Source: Trypanosoma brucei
Lineage: Eukaryota
Reading direction: 5' to 3'
NCBI GenBank assembly: GCA_000002445.1
Contig: CP000069.1
Coordinates: 1,408,001-1,472,000, forward strand
Length of the DNA: 64,000 nucleotides
A program made the translations under genes and the position numbers. The notes beneath the pieces are model-generated. The model was not told where the DNA came from. It saw only the letters and a program-made list of their open reading frames with translations, and did no database searches. Shown here one piece after another: positions 24,997 through 36,309 of the stretch (the first letter of the stretch is position 1; every line of letters starts with the position of its first letter).

Positions 24997-25493
24997 GCGA
25001 TGCCGACCACCTCAACGTGGTGCCAGGGTCCAGTACCCCGTATCATCGGGGGAAGCCAAGAGCCAGCAGCGTTCCTTTCATGGGGAACACTGCTGTGCTC
25101 CGGCTACGGCATCATACAGCACAGGGATCAGCAGCGTCTTGCTGGGACACCGTTTTTCATTTGTCGGTCCCTGGGCACGTGCCAGCGTGCCATCAGCAGT
25201 ATCATCCGCACTAAGATGCTGCTGTCCGGTGATGTGGACCTCCAAAAAAGGATTGCCAATTGGCATCTTTTGGAGAGTCCAGGGTGGGAGGCTTCTCGCC
25301 CCATCTGCTGTATTCCGTTCATATGCGGAAATACAACAAAAATTATAGAGGGTGTGTTAGGATGAATGAAAAAGGGAGACTCTGCCACAGTCGCCAGACC
25401 GATAGCATCTCAGGGCTCTACGGTGATGGCTGATGGCCGCGCCAGTGGGGGGAAACTCTCACGAAGGCACGAAGAAAATTCTAAAAAAAAAAA
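24997..25493 (+). mobile_element. RIME: RIME (about 500 bp non-autonomous ingi-derived retroelement), poly(A) 25483-25493
   Basis: 24997-25238 matches the ingi 5' end (19730-19971). 25239-25493 matches the ingi 3' end (about 24725-24979). The internal junction gatgtgga|cctccaaaaaagg lies inside the 2A codons. Confidence 0.9.
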
Positions 25494-25510
25494 TTTTGCT
25501 TCATTCCCTG
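25494..25510 (+). repeat. TSD copy 3 (ttttgcttcattccctg), then RHS resumes with cttcacttccatgaagg
   Basis: Identical 17-mer. Downstream sequence equals RHS copy 1 from 14576 onward. Confidence 0.8.
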
Positions 25511-27007
25511 CTTCACTTCCATGAAGGAATGCTTGATGTTGTTGCGTATTTCACGGGCGGGATAGCCTACTTAATATATAACGATAAACCCGGTGAAGAG
25601 GGGAGAGTTGAGCAGTATAAAGGCGTGACAGCTTCTGTGAGGGGAATAAATGCAGTAAAGTACGAAAAGACAGGTCACATCATTATGGACACAAGGTACG
25701 CAACGCAGCAGCTGTATACTCATCTTCCCTCTTATACTTGGGGTGTAACTTTCCTCACTTTTCCGAATAGTGCCCGTTTTGATGACTGGACTACAAATAG
25801 GGGAGGCCGCCAAATTATTATAAACTGTGATGATGTGCGTGACATGAAGGCATTTGTGGTATGGAAAAAGCTGTCTGTAGCATCATGCTATGCGATACTT
25901 GATAAAGAGTCACAGGTGAGGATTGTAGAAGAAATCAAAAATGAGTGGAAAACAATAGAGGGCCGTGTTGATGTAGTTGGGCCAGTGCCTCGTTGCGTTT
26001 ACGACAGCATGGAGTACACAAAACGTGTGTCTCAGGCAAAAAAGACGATAACGGCCATCAATGATGATAACAAAAGACACTACGAGGACATAATGATGAA
26101 AATTGCCGGTTGGCAAAATGATAAGGTAACGCACAGGTTAGTGAGAATCGTTCGTGTGCGAGATGCCGGAGAGAGCATCGATGGATACCGCTGCAGGCCA
26201 CTTTCGGCTTGCATTGGGAATGCTATATTTTTAAAACTGCTTTCCATTATTGTGCAGAAAATGGCTATCCGTCAAGTTATGATTTCAGACGAGAGTGCTG
26301 CGGCCAACGTTTTCAAATCGGGGGCGTTGTTTGCATTTCTTTTTCCTCGAGTTTTTAAAGTTATCAGAGACAACATAAAATACCTGCGGCGGCCGGGTGG
26401 ACCGGAAGAGAAACGATGCATACTGAAAGACATGACTCCTCAGCAGTTGAGACTCACTGGGCAGAAGTTTTTACCAGATGCCAGACAGCAGCCAATGGAG
26501 AAGTGTGAATACATGGTTCTCTACCGCCCTGCCACAGTCAATGAACCCGTGGTGGATGGCTTTTTTTTCGTTGAGGGGCGGCTCAGGAAAACTCCTAAGG
26601 GCAGGGCGGCACTGACCACTCCAAATATAGCTGTGCTTTTACAAGTAACCAAGTTGGCATGTCACCCCACCACTGCGTCAAAGGTGCAGAAGTTCCGAGA
26701 AAACATGGCAAGATATTTTTCTGATTGGGGTGCGTTTTCCAGCAACATGGTTTGGGAGATGATATACATCAATGGAGCTAGTGGTGGTGTGATTACAAGA
26801 TGGCAGCTTTGTGATGGCGACGACCCCGCCGAAGCGGCTGATATGTGGAGAAACATGACTCAATACCAAGTAACGTTAAGAGAAGAAATGCAGGGGCAGC
26901 TAATGCGAGCATATGCAGAAGAAGGTTGGTATCGGGATGCTCCACTTCTGGCCATGGAGCCTGCGCCGCAGCCACGCAACGAGCAAGCGGGAGCGCAAGG
27001 AGGGTGA
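25511..27007 (+). pseudogene. RHS: RHS gene, 3' segment (about 500 codons) downstream of the ingi+RIME insertion
   Basis: ..LLHFHEGMLDVVAYFT..HIIMDTRYATQQLYTHLPSYTWGVTFLTFPNSARFDDWTTNRGGRQIIINCDDVRDMKAFV.. is collinear with copy 1. The ORF runs to the stop at 27005-27007. Confidence 0.85.
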
Positions 27008-29992
27008 GGCGATTTCACAGCATTGAGTGAGGTAGAAGCTGAGTAAAAATATCCGGCCTGGTATGTTATGGTGGACGCGAGCAGTCAACAGTGTACGGTG
27101 CTAATGTGGGGCGAGGCGGCGTTTTTTCCATTCAAAGTCAAATTGAGTTATCGTATCATTGGGAGGCCAGCAGTCCTAACTGCCAAAACAGGGTAAATGG
27201 CTTTGTCTTAATGCTTGACATGACAGGATGCGCTGCAAGGGAGTAATATTCAGCAAATAGCGGCTATAGTAATCATCTTATTCTTTTCAACAAGCAGTCA
27301 AATGCGGCGGTTAGTGCAGGAAAGGGACGTGATAATTCGCTTGAGTGTCGGGAGGGATGGGAGGGAAGTGGAAATGAAGACGACTAAGGAATAGTAAAAG
27401 TAGTATTTTATCGGCTAACGCGTAACTGGAGTTAAGCCACATCGTAATCTTAAGGGGCACAGAGAAAGACAGAAATAATGTTATCGACGGACGTAAGAAA
27501 ACATTGTAACGTTTTGTTTTCATTTTTGCTATTACCAACTCAAGAATTGGATTATACTAGACTAACTCTTCACATCTTCCTTTCATTTATACAATCTAAA
27601 TTTTCCATCCGTGTAGAGATAGGAATCTATAGTCCAATGATAAAAGGAACAAAAATGTAATAGTACTTTTCGCTTCTTCGCCATCCGTGGTGGAGAGAGA
27701 GTATTGGAAACATGCCTCAACTCTAACTCTGCTGAATCCTATTTCCAGTAGGTGTAATGGGAGAGGGATTGTGACGGAGTGAAATATGCAAACATTAGAA
27801 GCAGTTACTGGATGTGCTGTTTCATATACGAGCTGTTATAATTATATTATACATGTTAGTTATGGTTGCAGTTATGGAGCAGCTCTTGATGGTGTTCTTC
27901 GCAGACGCGCAGCTGGTGACGTGATTGTGTCCATTTTCCTCTCTCACTCTCTTTCTTTCTTCAATTATTTGTCGGTGTGCAAACATACTATGATATGTTG
28001 TCTTCTCTTTACTTATAATCACTTCTGTTATCCTGGTTGAGGGTTGGCAGTTGGGCCTCTCTCCACACGTGGCAACCTTAAACTTATGTTGCTGGTTGCC
28101 TCCAGCAGCAAATCCCATATCATCATCAACATTGATACGAAAACCATGCAGTGATCGTATGTAACGGCAGCAGTGGAGTGACCATGACCTCGTCTATTGA
28201 CCCACATGTGCGAACTTATTTCTCTATTCAAGTCAATGGGGAATGGTGCATGCCCCTCCTTGCGATACCCCAGAGGGTGAAAGTTGTTGCTGTTTGGTCA
28301 ATAATTTTGCTATTCTTAGTCAGGTAACACTAGAGATGAATAATTTGTTTTTTTACACGCGGATGCGTACAATTTTGGGGTGGAGTAAATGGATTGTATC
28401 AGCCCCAACGAATTTCTTAAATACTACGCAGTTTTTCTCAATGAAGTGCTGATGTGCGTTTACCGGTACATGATCCGTTTGTGTCGGGATGTATTACGAA
28501 CCCTGAGGAACACAGGCCGCTTGCATCCACATGTTTCTATTGCGATAAATGACCGCCAGAAGAGTATTCGAATTGTTTGTGTCGACGGAAGGATCGTGAG
28601 GTTGTATGTTTTTGTTGGCGATGGGAAACACGCTGTAATTTCTCAACACCTTGATAACTTGAGTTCAGGCAAGTGCTCGATTAACGATGTTTTAGTTGAA
28701 GGTTTGTTGTGGAATTCACTGACGTAAATGAAGCGAATGACTACCTTATAGCAGTTCACCATAGAGACATTGAGCAGTACAAGAGACTCACTTGGGGTTG
28801 TCGCTAGAATTATTCTCCTTTTCACATCACAATCAATTTGCACGACACACATTACAGTCAGCCATGGGCAAGCAAGCTGTTGGAACCATTGCGTATATTC
28901 AGTACATTAGAAATGGACACAGTACTTATGTTAAGTGCTTACTCTCAACGTTCCCTTTGCTGGACGAAGGCTATGAACCTAAGCAACTACAAAATATTAG
29001 TTGCAGGAATTAGTACGATGGTATGCATTATGACCTATAGAGGCTACAATATTGAAGACTCAAAGGTGTACAACTGCAGTTCGCTCAACTGTGGCTACGG
29101 GTGCTGTGTTGTTTTTTGTAAGCATGAGATGGAACTGGAAAGACTTCCCAACGGTGAGTATGATATAATTCTTCCAACAGATTGAAATGTTGCGAGACGC
29201 AATGCCTTTAATAGTGATGGTATTGCCAGTAGTAAAGGGGCGGTTATTCGTCAGTTTGATATTTTGGTAAACAAATAAACTCCCGTGCTGTCCATAAAAA
29301 CAAGACCTAATTTTCTTGAATATAAATACCCTCAGCCTGCTTTTGTGAACCAAATGTGGTCATCTCTCACCTTCCAGTGACTCGGATATATCAATGGATG
29401 TAGAACAATAAAGTTAAAGTTTCTACGAGAGAAGTTCGCGGTCCCGAGTCCTGAAATAAGTTTTCCTCACGGCACTGGCTGGAGGGAGTAGTGGATCTCA
29501 TCACTGATGGTGTATTAACATGCCCTTCAATGAGTAAAGGCATTTTCCCAGATATGATCAATAAATTCTCATGGATTCCCGAGCCGTATGACAGTTGGAA
29601 AGTTGCTGGAACTTGTTAGCTTAAAGGTGTGAGTGCATTCACGGAAAAATTCGGCGATGGCAATGCCTTTGGGTACTGATAAGGATGAAGAGCTGGATGA
29701 GGAATTGATACAACATGGATACAATTATCTTCGAGGAGATGATGCATATTTTCCACTCGGGCATAACGGGGAAGATGATACGCACTTATGTTTTCTTTGA
29801 CCCCATTTATTACCAACACCTCAAACACATGGTTACTGATAAGATTAATGTTCATGCCACTTGGCGGGCCCCGTTTCATGCTGACGAGGTCAACACATTC
29901 AAAGTCGATTCCGCAGTGGAGGTTTGCGTATTGTTGAAATGGAAAGGGATTACATGGTTATATATATGGTGCATCTAAATTTCTCAATGATA

Positions 29993-30078
29993 GCGAGTTC
30001 TTGTGATCTCATACCTCTTCACAATTTATATTTGATGCTGCTCCTGTGGGTTATAAATGGTGAGAAGAGGACAGGTAT
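29993..30078. repeat. Dispersed about 85 bp repeat, copy 2
   Basis: See 7890-7975. Confidence 0.7.
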
Positions 30079-31890
30079 TGCTCATAATGTAATGCCAAAA
30101 ATACCCGTCTCACGTGTAAATTCCCCCTATGTGTTCAAGCTTTTACTTCAGGAACTTCAAGGAATGGGAATAAGTACGTGTCTTTCGCTTGATTTTATGG
30201 GATCGGATTGGTAGAAAGAGAAGAAAGTGTGATTGCTCTTTTTTTCTTTTCTTTTTTTCACATCTCTCCTGTACTAAGAAAGATGAATCAGGTGAAGTTG
30301 ATCTGCACACTAAAGTGCCAACCGTCACATGAGGATTTTTTTTTAAAAATAATATGTGGCACCAAATGTGTAACTCAGTAATTGTGTTAATTTTCATTGT
30401 TCGTTTTGTTATCACTCGATAACCAAAGAAGGAGGGACAGAAAACAACAACGAAAATAACGATTTCGCAGTTTTATGCCGAGAAAATTCAGTGAAATTGT
30501 ATTCACTCCTTCAACTATTTTCTTTTCTTTTGCTTTATTTTAAATACATTGATATATTAATGTGTCTGAAGGTGACTCTATAGGAAGTGTATGTAACATG
30601 AGTAGTCGATACATGCGGAAAGGAAATGAGGATGTGAGAGTTTCTGTGTTGTTCCATATCGACGAGGGTGCTGTTCCGCCTATGCATGCTTTAGCTCTGC
30701 TTGTGGTGTTGCTGTCATCTTTGGAAAAAATGCAGATCAAGACGACCAGTGCCGTGTGGATTTCTTTACTCCTCTCGCTGAGATTCCAGAAAATCGCATT
30801 GTGGCTGCTGTTCCGAACACAACTGTTTGGACGGTAGATGACATTCATGATGATGATGTTGAGGGGCTCATGCCACCATTGCAGTCCTGTCAGAAGGACT
30901 GTTCATCACCATCTGTTTCTAAACATTTTTCATAAATAAAAGTTATTATTATTATTGTATCTCTCTTCCTCATGGTCACATTGGCAGAAGCGACATCAGT
31001 TATGTCCACCAGACGCGTCTAAAAATAAAAGCGATGTGGAGGTCCCTGTTGCCACCGCGTTTCTAAAAGTACTTCCAGCAAACAGTATTGTAGCAACCAT
31101 GGAAGTGTATGCTAAAAATGTATCGGTACACACACAAACTCACTCATGTCACTTGACAAAAAATCGAATGAAGTTGAACTTAAAAGAAGGACAGGTGCTT
31201 TTCGTCATGCCTTTTAGTGGATTTAATGATTTCCCAAAATGTGGCTGAGGGAAATGTTGCATTGCGGCGGTGTGATGCCTGGCAGTTTCGTTCTCTCATG
31301 AGGTCAAATCCTTTAAAATGTGCGAAACAAAGTCTTTTGGTTTGTGACGATGATGCGGCGCATTGGCTGTTGGAAACAGTTGTAGCCGTAAAGGAATATA
31401 TTTCACTTCATTTAAGAAGCAACGGGTTGACACCTGGCGTAACGCCGTTATGTTGCTGCCTTCCGCATGCATGTGCTCGCAAAACTTGGGGAAGGGGAAC
31501 CACAATGCAAGCGGCTGCAGTTGCGTTTTTTTTTTAGCTGACATCCCCACTCTTTCCTCTTCCCCACACCAAAGAGGACAAAATTAATACTGTACAGGCA
31601 TCCTATTTCCGCAGTTGGCTTGTACTAATTAGTTCTTTTAACTGTAATTATAATTGAAGGAAAGAGAATGATTGGCAACCGTCCCTTATATCCCGTGGTT
31701 GTTTCACTTCCCTGCGCGCTACTGCTGAAGGAAAAACACTGTTAATTAGTTTATTTTCATAATAGTGAAGAGGTGACGTTATTGAAATGGTGGGCCCAAG
31801 TGAAGTGACGTAATGGCGTTTTTTTTCTTGATTTTTTTCTTTTTCACCTCAGAATAAGTTTGTGATATTTTTCTAAATCTACTTTGTTAC

Positions 31891-31908
31891 GTGTGTGTGT
31901 GTGTGTGT
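31891..31908. repeat. (GT)9 microsatellite
   Basis: gtgtgtgtgtgtgtgtgt. Confidence 0.9.
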
Positions 31909-34489
31909 TCCCTGCCGCCTCCCCAATCCCTTTTCTGTGCGTACAGTTACTGCAGCTTTTTTTGGTTAGCACCGCAGAGTTTCGTGCGTAATTTTATGGT
32001 CCTTTCAAAAGTGATGTTTAATACGTTTTTTTTTGGAACCTTCCTCGTTCCTGTCCACCTCTTTATTTATTTTGGTAAAATTCTGTAATTGAAGGATGAT
32101 GGAAAATAGACTAGGCGCATATGATTCGCTAGTTGATTTTAGTCAGAATTTGACACGTGCAGCATCGCTGCTTCTTCCCAGAGAGACAACCACATCATCA
32201 CCGAAACACAAAGTTACACCAAAATATTATTGTAGAAAATAACTGTCATGCGGTAATGTTTTCATCCAGTTAACAAATCTATCACATTTGAGCGGCTTTA
32301 GCTTTGTACCTTCCCTCCGCCATGTTGTTGTTGTTTCTTCCATAAGCATATATCACTTCATTTGATGTTTTCTGTTTAGTTTCGCCTCTGCGCCAAATTC
32401 ATCACCACATCCCTTCGCCTGCAGTGCCGCTGTGGTAAAGAATAAATAAATAAATATTTATGTAGGTCACAGAGATTTTACATCTAATTAAATTATGCCA
32501 CTTCATCCATTATTTATTTTTTGTTTTATTAAACCCACGTATCTTTACCGCGAAACAACAAATGACATATCGCAATAACCGCAGCATTCCATTTGTTTTC
32601 TCCCTTATTATGTTAATAAATGCATGTGTTACTTGATAAAAGTGCAGAGCCCGTGATGCATGTGCATGGAATTTCAACAGTATGGCACTTATGGTGTAAC
32701 ACAATATCCGTAACACACATACAAATACACACAGAATGGTTTCTTTCGGGCTCAAAATACGTTTTTCATTTTAAAATTCACATTCCACACCTTGTAAAAC
32801 ATATACTGGCGAAGGAACTTTTTTGTTTGATACCATCCAAACTCTATCCGCTTATATGTTTAATAAACTGGACTAATTATATTTTTCATATACTTATATC
32901 ACAACGGAATTAACGATAATTTGAATGTCGCATCTATTCTTACACTCATAATTTTTATACTTCCGTTTTCTTCCTCGAAACACGTCATGTCTTTTTGAAA
33001 AATGTCCTCATTTGTTTTTATATTTCAACGAATATATGAAAAAGCGAATATTCATATAATCTCTATGATTATCATCCTCTCTAGTGGTGTTGCATTTTTA
33101 TTGGAAGTAAAGAACAAAAGTAGTTTATTGTGTGTAACAACTGAAACATTATTTTTGAGGTGCATAATAGATTTCCGTTAAGTCAAGAAATATTGTGAAG
33201 CGACCGTACTGACTGCTTTTTATTGCGTGGAAACAGTGAACTTATCAATGTATCTTCGGATACGGTGGTGATTCATATTATTCCTTCAACATCCTTTTGA
33301 AGTTAATAGTGCTAAAAGCATCGTATTACACTTTACATGCATTCAAATGCAAACACTTCGACGAAAGCACCTTTTCAGCCTGGAATTATACATTTTTTCC
33401 AATACGTTATTTATTTTGCTGCAGTTACTGTCATGAAACTCTTGCAGCCACCCAATGCTAGCATATGAAACGGCATAGAGGTGCGTGCATGAAACTTGAC
33501 GAATAGATTTGTTAAAATGCAAATGATAGTTATTATACATCAGATGCGTTATTCAAATCATAACAGATATGCTCATGCTTTTCTTCACTTATGATGTATA
33601 TTTTCTTCGTTGTAACAGCGCACAGTGAGATCAAATTATAATCTTTTGATGTGATTACAGATGAGAAATCCTTCCTAAAGTGTCTGAAGTTGTACAAATC
33701 ATATGTATTTATCTACTTTCATTTATTGGGAGAAGCAGTCAAGCGCACATGTGTTTTGTTGATATGTAAACACGAATGAAGAGAGAAGTGAAGCAACTCC
33801 AACATTAGGCAAGCTTCCATGAGCATATAAGTTGTGGAATTAAAGGAAATGGTTGTAAAGTGTGAATAAAGAAAATTCGAATTGCCGTTGCATAAAATAA
33901 CAGAATATGATCTTTTTTTTGTGAAGTATTATCTTTAAGATATAAAAAGACACTTAAAAATATACGCGGATACAAATAACAGGATGATTGTCCAACTTGT
34001 GCACCTCTGACCTCAGTGCTTGTGATTGTATATTAATCGTGCCACTAGATGTCACCGCAAAAAAAATAACATCAGTTTTTGTTACACATACTCGTTTCAT
34101 ATCCATTATTTTGTAAACACGTCTATTTTTTCTTATTAGTTATTAGAGTAGTATGTTGCGATGACGCGTCTCTTGATTAGTTGCCCGTTATTAATTTGCT
34201 TATTTCTATATCCATTTGTTTATTTACTTACGTTAGCTTACACTAAGTTTACACATAATAAACAAACAACGTTATCCCTGCATTTTCCTTCGTGAAGGAG
34301 ACACTAAGGGAGAACACGCGTGATACAATTAATTTCTTTATTATTTTGTCCAATGGGTAGTGATAACTAACGATGCACAACATCTTATATTGCAGTTACT
34401 TATACTTGAGTGTAAAGTGTAATATACATTGCCTTCTTTCTTCATCCAATCAGCACGTCTCTCCCACGTCCATCCCGACACTTCTTTAT

Positions 34490-35370
34490 CTGCCTATCTT
34501 ATTTTTTTAATTCCTTTGTCCGGAAAGGCGGTGCTACACCTTTATCCTTTGGTATGGTTTTCTTGGCCGCTTGCCTTGTGCTTCTCCTGATGGCTTTATT
34601 TAGTGCATCCGCATCCTTTATTTTTTCTTTAGTCTTGTTGAAAATGAAAGTATCACTAACCTTCCTGAAGTTATTACAATGCGCTTTATTCCACGCGGAT
34701 AACGCCCTGGCAGGTTTTGAGGGTGAGGTCACCTCTGCACCACAACTCGCAAAAACGCCAAAAGTGACCCAAAAATGGTCGCTATCAGGACTCAGTGTAA
34801 TTTTCCAATTTAATACCTCACAGTCTGTACATTGCGATGTCTCTTAAGGGAAATACATCCGTTCCCGCCTGACGACGGGTTTCTTTTCTGGCATTTGTTC
34901 CAACTATGTTTTTGAAACCATCGATTTTCTAGGAAAATAAACTGAAGTGGCTGTCAAATTAAAATCAGCTGAAAATATAAACGTTGCCGAGACTCTTTCT
35001 AGTAGACACTCCTCCTTCGAACTTTGGATGACTTTCACGACACCTTTAACTAAAATTGATACCACACCACCATGTGAAGAACCTGCCATCCTACATGCTG
35101 GTATCTGCCTATTCTAAGAATTTTACGTCCCGCTGGAGCCGAGTGAATCTCCTGCAGCAGGCAAAACAGCATACAATCCTCGTTGAGCTTCTTCTTCAAG
35201 GCGAGTCGTTGTACCTGAGGTAACGACCCATTGTTCCACTGGGCTCCACGAATCATATGGCAGGGATTATGTTCCACATTTCCCCTTAGTAGTATAAGCC
35301 TATGTATTCCAATCGAAGCGCGCTCGCACGTGCAGGGAAACATTCTAATATATTTCTTCACCCTAGAGTG
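34490..35370 (-). mobile_element. DIRE-like degenerate ingi fragment (leader plus endonuclease region only)
   Basis: Minus-strand ORFs 35050..35361 (..LLRGNVEHNPCHMIRGAQWNNGSLPQVQRLALKKKLNEDCMLFCLLQE), 34904..35089 (GGVVSILVKG..LTATSVYFPRK) and 34499..34732 (WNKAHCNNFRKV..AIRRSTR..PKDKG). Each parallels ingi (LSGDVEENPGP..MQWNCAGLSQGKRLALHKTLVDERIAFCLLSE, GGGVSILVRED..LTVTSAYIPPK, WLKANWRNFRLKV..AIRIATK..VPRG) but is heavily diverged and frameshifted. Confidence 0.6.
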
Positions 35371-35559
35371 CCGATACTGCTGCTTACTCCTGCTCTGGTC
35401 ACCTAAAGCCTGCTACCCGCCCCAATCCTGTCGGACAGGGTATAATACGGGCACTTGTCTTCCTCCGATGAGACGGTGTACTGGACCCTGGCGCCACAAT
35501 GAGGTGGCCGGCGTCACCAGGGATTTTTCATAATTTTCATAAAATTTGGAAATATCCTT

Positions 35560-35990
35560 TTAATGCTAAAATTCTACCAAACTCACAAAAGCGGAAACAA
35601 TCAGAGCAATTATCTGATTGAAGAGAAAACTACCATTTCGACACTTCTCCTTTTCTGGTTCTGTTTCACCCTCTTTGCCTTTTCTCCAGCCACAAACGGG
35701 GGCTTGGCCGGGCGTGTTCTATTCTTCCAAGCTGTTTTTTTAGTATGGCCAGTACATTTATCCTCTTTCTTTCCTTCCGCTTTCACTCCCTCTTTAACTT
35801 TGCACTTTCCGTCTTGGAATTCGCAGCCATTTTCGTCGCTGTACACGCCAACTGACTTATCTTTGCATTTTTCTTCTGCTATTTCGGGGTCCAATGTGGT
35901 GGCTGTTGGTTGGTGCTCAAGACTCTGTGTATACAAAAACATTGATAGAGTAAAAAAATCAAATTGGAAACTATGCGAATAAGGGTTAAG
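35560..35990 (-). pseudogene. VSG: VSG C-terminal-domain fragment (frameshifted GPI-signal tail)
   Basis: ORF 35610..35942(-) has EEKCKDK..GCEFQDGKCKVKEG cysteine pattern. An adjacent frame encodes ..IIALIVSAFVSLV. Conserved 3' end ..aaaatgctaaaattctaccaaactcac (plus strand). Confidence 0.6.
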
Positions 35991-36125
35991 GTCGATGTAA
36001 AAAAGAGCCGCTTCATCACTAAAAATTAAAAAATGGCGAAATCAAAAAAATGAAAATTAAAAAAAAAAGTGAAATAAAAAATAATCCAAAAAATTAAAAA
36101 CTCTGACCCTAACCCTAACCTTCCT
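35990..36125 (-). repeat. A-rich island with telomere-like hexamers (ccctaaccctaacc at about 36105-36120) 3' of VSG 36310-37879
   Basis: ctctgaccctaaccctaaccttcc preceded by aaaaaagagccgcttcatcactaaaaattaaaaaatgg. Confidence 0.75.
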
Positions 36126-36266
36126 ACCTATCTTTCTACCTTCTTGTCTTATTGGACAACAAAAATTCAAAAGAAAATAGGAAAAAGGAGAAAAATTTTA
36201 GGTATCAAAAATAAAGTTTTACACGCGCAGGCAGCTTTAAAAATATATTTCCAGGGAATTTTAAAT

Positions 36267-36282
36267 ATGTTAAAATATATCA
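36267..36282 (-). promoter_or_regulatory. VSG 3'UTR 16-mer (minus strand TGATATATTTTAACAt)
   Basis: Plus strand atgttaaaatatatca. Confidence 0.7.
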
Positions 36283-36309
36283 AATTTAGGCAAGAAAAAT
36301 AGGGGGAAA

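Noticed and set aside
24910-25365. Two overlapping 140-150-aa ORFs across RIME (24910..25365, 24920..25348) as RIME proteins
   Set aside because: The only meaningful frame is the ingi-leader frame (..MPTTSTWCQGPV..LLSGDV). The ORF extensions beyond the junction run into former 3' UTR and the alternative frame is antisense-like noise.
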